A DNA stretch of 64,000 bases, from positions 62,001 through 126,000 of the forward strand of contig NIVC01001430.1 of NCBI GenBank assembly GCA_002269645.1. The letters run 5' to 3'. The notes below the pieces were generated by a model, which was not told where the DNA came from, searched no databases, and worked only from the letters and a program-made list of their open reading frames with translations. A program made the translations under genes and the position numbers. The stretch is from Macrostomum lignano. Lineage: Eukaryota. This document shows positions 21,401-31,800 of the stretch, piece by piece (the stretch's first letter is position 1; the number at the start of each line of letters is the position of its first letter).

Positions 21401-24400
21401 CCTAAAGAATCACCCTTAAAGAATCGCACCCTGAGAATCACCCCTAGAGAATCGCACCCTGAGAATCACCCCTAGAGAATCGCACCCTGAAAATCACCCC
21501 TAAAGAATCGCCCCCTGAGAATCACCCCTAAAGAATCGCCCCTGAGAATCACCCCTAAAGAATTACCACTAAAGAATCACCCCATGAGAATCACCCCTAA
21601 AGAATCACCCCATGAGAATTACCCCTAAAGAATCACCCCATGAGAATCACCCCTAAAGAACCTCCCCATGAGAATCACCCCTAAAGAATCTCCCCATGAG
21701 AATCACCCCTAAAGAATCTCCCCATGAGAATCACCCCTAAAGAATTACCCCTAAAGAATCACCCCATGAGAATCACCCCTAAAGAATCACCCCATGAGAA
21801 TCACCCCTAAAGAATCTCCCCATGAGAATCACCCCTAAAGAATCTCCCATGAGAATCACCCCTAAAGAATCTCCTCATGAGAATCACCCCTAAAGAATCT
21901 CCCCATGAGAATCACCCCTAAAGAATCTCCCCATGAGAATCACCCCTAAAGAATCTCCCCATGAGAATCACCCCTAAAGAATCTCCCATGAGAATCACCC
22001 CTAAAGAATCTCCCCATGAGAATCACCCCTAAAGAATCACCCCATGAGATTCACCCCATGAGAATCACCCCATGAGAATCACCCCTAAAGAATCGCTCCT
22101 GAAAAACACTCGAGAGTCTATAAAAATCGCATACAAATGAACCCAATAAAACAACAAATATTGCAGCTGTCATCAGCCAAGCCAGCTTACCTGCTATCAG
22201 CTCCACTGTGGGCTCGCCTACTGCCTGAGCACTCTCACTACAGTTTGGTGATTGCGTCCGCATCTGGTCGCCTGTTTGCTCACAGATTCGATGCTCAGGC
22301 TAATAGATTCGTCTCCCTGGTCGGATTTCCGGTCTTGCTTGGCTCGATCTTGCATCCCGTGAGTGTTGAATTGATTTGTTGAATTGATTTGGTTTGTTCT
22401 GAAAATTTCCCGGGTTTTGCTCCTTTTTTCCTCTGCCAACTTTCTTTATCTCCTCTTCGCCTCTCTTCTCTCTCATCTCACTATATCCTCTCATCTCACC
22501 ATCGCCCATCTCTCATCTCCCTATCTCCCTATCTTCCCTCTCTCATCTCACCATCTCCCCTTCTCATCTCCCTATCTTCCCTCTCTCATCTCACCATCTC
22601 CCCTTCTCATCTCCCTATCTTCCCTCTCTCATCTCACCATCTCCACTTCTCATCTCCGTATCTTCCCTCTCTCATCTCACCATCTCCCCTTCTCATCTCC
22701 CTATCTTCCCTCTCTCATCTCACCATCTCCCCTTCTCATCTCCCTATCTTCCCTCTCTCATCTCCCCATCTCCCCTTCTCATCTCACCGTCTCCCCTCTC
22801 TTATCTCTCCCCGTCTCGCCATCTCCACTCTCCTCTTCTCAGGCCTCTTGCCTCAGATGAGAAACTATCCCAAGTAAAAGATATCGCATTTGATCGCCAC
22901 TACCCCCTCATTAATTATTAATTCTAGCCGCTGCTTCTGTCCAGACTCCAGCCTAGCAACGAGAAGCAACACCAACAGTCGCCAACGACTTTGTCATCGT
23001 CTTCGTCTTCATCATCTGGCAGCATTAACTTAATTATCGTTTCGGATTCTTCTAGCGCCTCCGTTTCCGCTATCGACGCTCGTGGTCACGTGATCTGGTC
23101 TACTGGCCGCTTGGTGCCAACCAAGTCGCAGGGTGCATCTATGACGCCTTTGACTGCGCTGCATCGAGCCGGCCAATTGTACGCTGTCGGTTTCGTGCCT
23201 AACAATATTGAAAGTGGCTACAGTAATAGTAATCATGATAGTAATGTTATTATTGGCCGATTACATTTGATTTCGGTTGTTAATGGCCGATTGCGCACAG
23301 TTGATGTCAGATTGCGGACACCTGCATCAGAATTCTTGCTATCTGATAGTCCGCATCAGCACAGTTTGGTGAGTACAGTACTCATTTTCGTGGCTAATCG
23401 CCCCTAGATTATCATGGAGAATCGCCCCTAGATTCTCATGGCTAATCGCCCCTAGGTTATCATGGCTAATCGCCCCTAGATTATCATGGCTAATCGCCCC
23501 TAGATTATCATGGCTAATCGCCCCTAGATTCTCATGGCTAATCGCCCCTAGATTATCATGGCTAATCGCCCCTAGATTCTCATGGCTAATCGCCCCTAGA
23601 TTCTCATGGCTAATCGCCCCTAGATTATCATGGCTAATCGCCCCTAGATTCTCATGGCTAATCGCTCCTAGATTCTCATGGCTAATCGCCCCTAGATTCT
23701 CATGGCTAATCGCTCCTAGATTCTCATGGCTAATCGCTCCTAGATTCTCATGGCTAATCGCCCCTAGATTCTCATGGCTAATCGCCCCTAGATTATCATG
23801 GCTAATCGCTCCTAGATTCTCATGGCTAATCGCCCCTAGATTCTCATGGCTAATCGCCTCTAGATTATCATGGCTAATCGCCCCTAGATTATAATGGCTA
23901 ATCGGCCCTAGATTCTCATGGCTAATCGCCCCTAGATTCTCATGGCTAATCGGCCCTAGATTCTCATGGCTAATCGGCCCTAGATTCTCATGGCTAATCG
24001 CCCCTAGATTCTCATGGCTAATCGCTCCTAGATTCTCATGGCTAATCGCCCCTAGATTCTCATGGCTAATCGCCCCTAGATTATCATGGCTAATCGCCCC
24101 TAGATTATAATGGCTAATCGGCCCTAGATTCTCATGGCTAATCGCCCCTAGATTCTCATGGCTAATCGCCCCTAGATTATCATGGCTAATCGCCCCTAGA
24201 TTATCATGGCTAATCGCCCCTAGATTATCATGGCTAATCGCCCCTAGATTCTCATGGCTAATCGCTCCTAGATTCTCATGGCTAATCGACCCTAGATTCT
24301 CATGGCTAATCGCCCCTAGATTCTCATGGCTAATCGCCCCTAGATTCTCATGGCTAATCGCCCCTAGATTATCATGGCTAATCGCCCCTAGATTCTCATG

Positions 24401-26704
24401 GCTAATCGCCCCTAGATTATCATGGCTAATCGCCCCTAGATTCTCATGGCTAATCGCCCCTAGATTCTCATGGCTAATCGCCCCTAGATTATCATGGCTA
24501 ATCGCCCCTAGATTCTCATGGCTAATCGCCCCTAGATTATCATGGCTAATCGCCCCTAGATTCTCATGGCTAATCGCCCCTAGATTCTCATGGCTAATCG
24601 CTCCTAGATTATCATGGCTAATCGGCCCTAGATTCTCATGGCTAATCGCCCCTAGCTTCTCCCGTAATCTCGCCAGGTGGAGCCGATGTCGCGCCTGACT
24701 CCATTCGCATGCCAGTTAAAACCGAGCGCTGACCGAACGCACCAGTTAAGTAGCAATGCTCATCGCGGTACCGGAGACGATGCTGTAACGTTACTAGGCG
24801 GAGTCGACTGGCTCGGCAGGCTGGCTACCATCGATCTGTCGGCCGATCTGACTGAAGCCGGCGCTAGCCTAGATTTCGGATTGAACGCCACCACTGCGCT
24901 TGGCCTTTCCGGAGTTAATAGCCAGCGGACTGGACTGGCAGATCTGGTTGTGCTCACCACAGAGGGGCGGGCGGTGAAGCTGGGATATCGCCTCATTGGT
25001 TGGTTGTGGGAGGGGGATGTAAAAATTTTGCTTTTTTTTATGATCCCTTCATTCCGAGATCCCCTCCCTCATCCCAAACCCCTCATCCCATGACCTCTCA
25101 TCTCTCATCCCGAAATCCCCTCTTTCATTTCGAGATCCCCTCCCTCATCCCAAGACCCCTCATCCCATGACTTCTCATCTTAAGATCCCCTCATCCCGAA
25201 ATCCCCTCTTTCATCCAGAGAATCCCTCCCTCATCCCATGACCTCTCATCCCAAGATCCCCTCATCCCGAAATCCCCTCCTTCATCCAAAGATCCCCTCC
25301 CTCATCCCAAGTCCCCTCATCCCATGACCTCTCATCCCAATATCCCCTCATCCCGAAATCCCCTCCCTCATCCCGAGATCCCCTCCCTCATCCTGAGATC
25401 CCCTTATCCCAAGATCCCCTCATCCCGAAATCCCCTCCCTCATCCCGAGATCCCCTCCCTCATCCCGAGATCCCTCCCCTCATCCCGAAATCCCCTCCCT
25501 CATTCCGATATCCCCCATCCTGAGATCCCTTCATCCTGAGCTCCCTTCATCCTGAGATCCCCTCCCTCATCCCGAGATCCCCTCCCTCATCCCAAGACCT
25601 CTCATCCCAAGATCCCCTCATCCCGAGATCCCCTCCCTCATCCCGAGATCCCCCATCCTGAGCTCCCTTCATCCTGAGATCCTGATATCCTAACAACAAG
25701 ATTGTTTCAAACAAACAAATTTCAGATAACACTACAGGAGAGGACTGCGATCTGCAGATTCAAGAATCTGTAAGCTGTCTATTTTCGTATTTCAATGACG
25801 CAATTAGCTAGGCATATCACAATTATGAGCACTTCTCTTTCATTGATTTTCCCAATTCGCAGCTGTCGATTCGTATCCAGGGCGCGCCCTACATTGAACA
25901 GAGCGGATCAACGCTAATCCTGCCTATCTTGATCCATGATCTGCTCAATCCAAATGCACTTTTGTCTGTTGTGTACACAGTTCGGGTGAGCAACCTTTTG
26001 TACAGTTTCCTTTGAACTCTTTCACTTGGTGTACTTTTAGGCTTCATTCTGATAGGATCTTATCATTCGAGATCCTCATTTTTAGAATTCATCATTAAAA
26101 AACTAAGAGATCCCTACTGTTAGTTAGATCTCATAATCAAGATCCTCAATTTAAAATCCCATTATTAAGATCCCCAATGTGAGATCCCATTTTTAAGATC
26201 CCCAACGTGGGATGCCATTATTAAAATCCCCAATGTGGGTTCGCATTATTCAAGATCCCCAATGTGGGTTCCCGTTATTCTAGATTCCTACTGTTGGATC
26301 TCATAATCAAGATCTCCAATGTAGGATCCAATTTTTGAAAGCCTCAATGTGGGATTCCATTACTAAGTCCCAATGTGAGATATCTATACTGTCTCTCTTT
26401 CCAGGTGCACATCTACAACAAGGCGGTCCTGTCGCTGCGCTACCCCCGGCCCGGGCCGCACCTGATGTACTTTGACGCCGGCAGTCGGCCATTGAAATCT
26501 CAGCTGCTGCTCGAACTGACAACATCTGCCGATGCTCGCTCAGCTCAGGCTCAGGCCACTCTGGTTGCTAATGTCAACTACGTGTACGAGCTGCCGTTCC
26601 TGCTCTACCTGCCCGTGAGCCTGACCCTGCTGCTGCTGCTTGGTCAGGTGTTCACGGTTGAGGACAATCTCCAGCTGCCCTTTGTTGCCAGGCACTCTGA
26701 TTAG
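18460..26704 (+). CDS. DEX1-like (Defective in Exine formation 1 family) FG-GAP repeat type I membrane protein, ~753 aa
   Basis: Exons 18460-18834, 19456-19557, 20507-20869, 22167-22358, 22928-23368, 24677-24998, 25726-25769, 25863-25985, 26405-26704, phase-consistent. Signal peptide ([18 protein letters not shown]), FG-GAP-like motifs [49 protein letters not shown], and a C-terminal TM segment ([25 protein letters not shown]) resembling plant DEX1. Confidence 0.8.
18847..19170. repeat. 12-bp repeat (TATCTACCTGCT) in DEX1-like intron 1
   Basis: Read directly. Confidence 0.9.
19580..20345. repeat. 24-bp minisatellite (TTGAAGGATTATCGATTGGGATAT) in DEX1-like intron 2
   Basis: Read directly. 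Confidence 0.92.
20925..22095. repeat. 28-bp minisatellite (GAGAATCACCCCTAAAGAATCTCCCCAT) in DEX1-like intron 3
   Basis: Period 21070 to 21098. Confidence 0.92.
22430..22850. repeat. CT-rich ~43-bp repeat in DEX1-like intron 4
   Basis: ATCTCACCATCTCCCCTTCTCATCTCCCTATCTTCCCTCTCTC units. Confidence 0.85.
23385..24660. repeat. 24-bp minisatellite (GCTAATCGCCCCTAGATTCTCATG), ~53 copies, fills DEX1-like intron 5
   Basis: Period 23521 to 23545. Confidence 0.95.
25045..25685. repeat. Degenerate C-rich repeat (CCCTCATCCCGAGATCCC) in DEX1-like intron 6
   Basis: Read directly. Confidence 0.85.
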
Positions 26705-26719
26705 CCGGGGGCAGACTCG

Positions 26720-26779
26720 TGTCTGTCTGTCTGTGTGCGTCTGTCTGTCTGTCTGTCTGTGTCTGTGTGTCTGTCTGCC

Positions 26780-26844
<65 letters not shown>

Positions 26845-26888
26845 GCCTGCCTGTCTGTCTACCTGTCTGTCCGTCTGTCTGTCTGTCC

Positions 26889-26930
<42 letters not shown>

Positions 26931-26936
26931 GTGTCC

Positions 26937-27014
<78 letters not shown>

Positions 27015-27021
27015 GTGTCTT

Positions 27022-27114
<93 letters not shown>

Positions 27115-27143
27115 GTGTCTTTCTGTCTGTCTGTCTGTCTGAC

Positions 27144-27190
<47 letters not shown>

Positions 27191-27191
27191 G

Positions 27192-27228
<37 letters not shown>

Positions 27229-27231
27229 GAC

Positions 27232-27274
<43 letters not shown>

Positions 27275-27303
27275 GTGTCTGTCTGACTGTCTGTCTGTCT
27301 GAC

Positions 27304-27336
<33 letters not shown>

Positions 27337-27365
27337 TAGTTTGTTAATGTCTGTCTGTCTGTCTG
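26720..27365. repeat. (TCTG)n microsatellite in the DEX1-like 3' region
   Basis: Read directly. Confidence 0.97.
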
Positions 27366-27834
27366 TGTGGAAAGTGAGGATGTAGAAAAGTAGATATCAA
27401 TTTCCTAGCTATTCTTAATATATATTAGTTTCGTACAACCTTAGTACTCGTAGAAACCGACCAGAATTGCTCATTGTCAAGTTAACTGCCTCTAACTTAA
27501 CATGTCAACTGCGAATTGTCACTGCTTTTGTTTGTAGCGCATTTCTGAAAAATAAATTATTACTCGTGTCCGTTAAATCGATGAATCGCTTTCCATTTCG
27601 TGCAGAGGATGTACAGTCTTTTTAATAACGCCTGCTGCTGGGTCAGCCTGGCGTGCCAATCACGAATTGGTTTATGAAATTTGATTTCTAAAATTTGAAT
27701 GTGGACTTTTTTATTGTGTCTATGTTAAATAAAATGCTAGCTTTAATAGTTTGTATGCCTCTGAGAAAATATAACATTTTGAAATTTAATAATCAGAATT
27801 TGTCTCCTTTGCTGTTGTTTATTTCTAAATAGCA

Positions 27835-28425
27835 TAGCTTCATAGTAAAAAATCATCTTCATAGTTTTATTGGTCATAGCCTCACATGACGTTCATAGTT
27901 TAGTTAGTCATAGCCGCTTATGACGGTCATAGTTTAGTTGGTAATAGCCCACATGACGGTCATAGTTTAGTTAGTCATAGCCGCTCATGACGGTCATAGT
28001 TTAGTTAGTCATAGCCGCTCATGACGGTCATAGTTTAGTTAGTCATAGCCGCTCATGACGGTCATAGTTTAGTTGGTAATAGCCCACATGATGGTCATAG
28101 TTTAGTTAGTCATAGCCGCTCATGACGGTCATAGTTTAGTTGGTAATAGCCCACATGATGGTCATAGTTTAGTTAGTCATAGCCGCTCATGACGGTCATA
28201 GTTTAGTTGGTAATAGCCCACATGATGGTCATAGTTTAGTTAGTCATAGCCGCTCATGACGGTCATAGTTTAGTTGGTAATAGCCCACATGACGGTCATA
28301 GTTTAGTTAGTCATAGCCGCTCATGACGGTCATAGTTTAGTTAGTCATAGCCGCTCATGACGGTCATAGTTTAGTTGGTAATAGCCCACATGATGGTCAT
28401 AGTTTAGTTGGTAATAGCCCAACAT
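27835..28425. repeat. 33/34-bp two-variant minisatellite upstream of Ku80 (CATAGTTTAGTTAGTCATAGCCGCTCATGACGGT)
   Basis: Period 27961 to 27995; alternates with the TTGGTAATAGCCCACATG variant. Confidence 0.9.
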
Positions 28426-28510
28426 GGCGATCATATTCACGGTCATACACTGCAGTCATACAGACAGTCTCACAGTCAGGTCAAGAGTCACGTGACATAA
28501 CCGCCCTCCC

Positions 28511-28767
28511 ATGGCATTGCTGGCCGAGAGCATAGCCATCATATTGGACATTGGGCCGCATATGCGGCGCGGCCCGCCAGGCTATGCGAGGCCGATCGAA
28601 CTGGCTCTGGACTGCTTGAAAATGCTGCTGCAGCGCAAGGTAAGAGAGCTGGAGTGAGCCTCTGTACATGAGGACCTGACAATCAGAATGTCAGGTCCGA
28701 TGTACACCCTATGTGAGCTGTGCGTGCTCAGGGTCAGCGGAATGGGCAGGACTTACTACTTCTACTT

Positions 28768-28833
<66 letters not shown>

Positions 28834-31800
28834 TTAATACTACTACCACTACTACTACTACTACTACTGATGCTTCTCCAACCGTTTGCAGCTGTTCCAG
28901 CAATCCAAAGACGAGGTCGCCGTGGTGCTTGCTGGGACAGAAATGTCCGACAATCCATTAGCAGACGATGACGGCAATTTTGCTAACATCAGTCTCGCAA
29001 GAGAACTGTCCACTATCGACTGGGATATTGTGCAGTTTTTCAACGACAATATTCGCACCTCCGATTCAATTAGTGCCGACAGTAAGCGCTTCATCGTCTA
29101 TTTACTAGCTAGTTTATGTCTTATTTACTAGCTGCAATATCGCGTATGCCCTCTTCAACCGTATTTTGCAGTCATTGACGGTTTGATTGTTGGCGTCGAT
29201 CACCTGGTGAAGAAGACTCAGTAAGTTTATAGGTTCGAGTCTTGCACTTTCAGCTGTAGACTAGTTGCGAAATCCTAGACTTAGCCGTTTAGGTCAGTCC
29301 TGCTGTTCAAATTATACGGCTTAGGCTCAGATTTAGGTCTTAGTTTCTTAGATTTAGTTCAGTCAGTCTTGCTTTATCACATTTAGGTCAGTCTTGACTT
29401 CTCAGATCTGGTTTCTTAAAAGTTTCTTACTTAGATTTAGGTCAGTTTTGCTTCCTCGAATTTTGGTCTTAGGCTCAGATTAAGGTCAGTTTTAGGCTTA
29501 GATTTAGGCTTAGTCACATTAGGCTCAGAGTTACGTCTGTCTTAGGTACAGATTTAGGCTTACATTTAGGCCAGTCTTAGGCTCAGATTTAGTTCTCATT
29601 AGGCTCAGATTTAGGTCACATTAGGCTCAGATTTGGGTCAGTTTTAGGCTCTCAGACGATTTAAATCTTTCTTATACCAAGATGCATTTCTTATATTTGT
29701 TTTTGATTACATTTTTTCTAGTTTAGAGCATTTGTATAAAAAATGGCCGATATGTATCGAAAATAACTTTACAATGTCAGAGGCCGCCGCGGCAAGACCA
29801 ACAAGCGAGCCGTGATAGTGTCAAACTTAGCCGGCGAGATGAACACCGATGAATTGGAACGAATTGTGCGCAATTTGAAGAAAGCTGATGTTCAAGTCCT
29901 ACTAATTGGCGCCAGCATCTCGGAGAATGACGACAACGACGACAATGGCGACGGCGAGGATGGCGCGCCAGACCATCTAGGCGGCGCTGGCGCTGGCTCC
30001 GGTAATAGCGATTCGGAGCGCAAGCCGAAAACTCAACGCCAGTTGGATAACGAAGCCGCACTGCGTCCTCTACTAGAAGCTGTCGACGGTTATTCTTATA
30101 GTTTTAACGACGCCATACCGGCGCTAAGCTACTTTCAATTGCGCTCGGTGCAGCAACGACCGTGGAAGGCCAATTTGGAGTTGGGCGAACTTTCCCTACC
30201 AGTGTGCGGCTATACCAAAGTTAAACCGGCTAAACCGCCTAGCATGACTACGGTGTACGCTGGAGACGCGTCTGCTCAGGTTTGTTTACATCTTAATTCG
30301 TATATGCGCGTCACTTACTACAAGTAGTGTAAATAGTGTTTTTCGTTATTTTTGTTGTCAACTGACGATAAATGTACTTCAATCAAAAACCTAGCCCAGT
30401 TCCCGATATGTATCGAAAGAAGTTTTTCTGTAGTTTTTTAGCCGATTTTGATCTGTTTAGTATCACGGGTAGTAGTATAAATAGAGCTTTTCGTTTCTAT
30501 TAGAGATTTAAGCTTTAAAGCTACGGGGGTTGTAGGCTAGTGGTTAGAGCGTCGGACTTACGACTTGAGGTCGGGTGTTCGAATCTCGACTTGCTGGAAA
30601 AATTTCTGTCCTTGAGCAAGACAATTAACTCTGCATTGCTTCAGTTCACCCAGCTGTAAAATGGGTGCCAGCATTAGCTGGGGTAATTGAGGGTGTGTGT
30701 GGCGTCCCCCCAGTCCTTGGACTGAACAGCCGTACGCAGCCTTCAGATGCGCCGCGCAATAGCTGCGGCTGAGCTGTAGGTTAAGGCAAGGTGTAATCAT
30801 TCACCTGGCATTATTAATATTACTATTATAAAGCTTAAAACACGGATGATATAAATTTAAATTGCCGATATGTATCGAAAGTTTGATCATCTTGCCATAT
30901 CCATTATTGTTAAACAGGTCAGCACAGCTCGAGCTACGACTCTAAACGACGAACAAGAGACCGAAATTGACGAAGACGATGTTGTTCGCGGCTATCGCTA
31001 CGGCTCCACTTTGGTGCCATTTAGTGAGGCCGATCGCGAAGCGATGAAACAGCCGGAGGACAAGAGCCTGACAATTGTCTGCTTCACTCATCGCCAGAAT
31101 ATACTTCGCCATCACATGCTCGGCGACGGCGTGTCGCTGTTTGTCGGCGATCCATCGGCGCCGCCAGAGGTTCACCGGGCGCTGTCGGCGCTGGGCGAGG
31201 CGCTGCTACTTCGCGGCGGCGTGGTCATTGTCAGGCGGGTGTACAGCCGGGCCAGTTCGCCACGACTGGGCGTCCTGCTGCCGAAGCGGAAGAGCACCGC
31301 ATCGGGGGCCGAGTTTATCGTGTTCGAATACATCGAATTGGCATTTCGCGAGGATATTCGAACTTATACGTTTCCGCCGTTGCCGCTAGACGACGACATT
31401 GTTCGGGAGGTGCCCAGTCTGGCTAAACTGCAGCCGACGCAGATTCAACTGGAGGCGGCTGCCGCCTTCGTTGACGCAATGGACGCCGGTGACGATGCCA
31501 GGCTGCAAATGTCGGAGAAGCTCAATCCCTATGTTCAGGTTGGCGCCGCCTTTGCATTGTTGCTAGGGTCAACATATCTGTTGCTAAGGTCAATAAATAA
31601 TCCTAGCCCCAGTTTAATACCAACCCGTTGCTAAGGTAAACAATACCTTTCTCTATTGGACACGTTGTTGCTAGGGTGAGGCAGTTCAATTTTCAACGAA
31701 AAATTTTCGTTGCTAAGGTAAACGATTTCATTCTCAATAAACAGTCGCCGTTGCTAAGGCGCATGAATATAATCTGAATGAAAGTTTTCCGTTACTAAGG

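Noticed and set aside
28487-28496. Perfect CLEAR/E-box GTCACGTGAC 14 nt before the Ku80 ATG, in a cluster that includes lysosome-related genes (RagC, DEF8)
   Set aside because: Single short motif next to a non-lysosomal gene; not enough to call a TFEB-regulated module.
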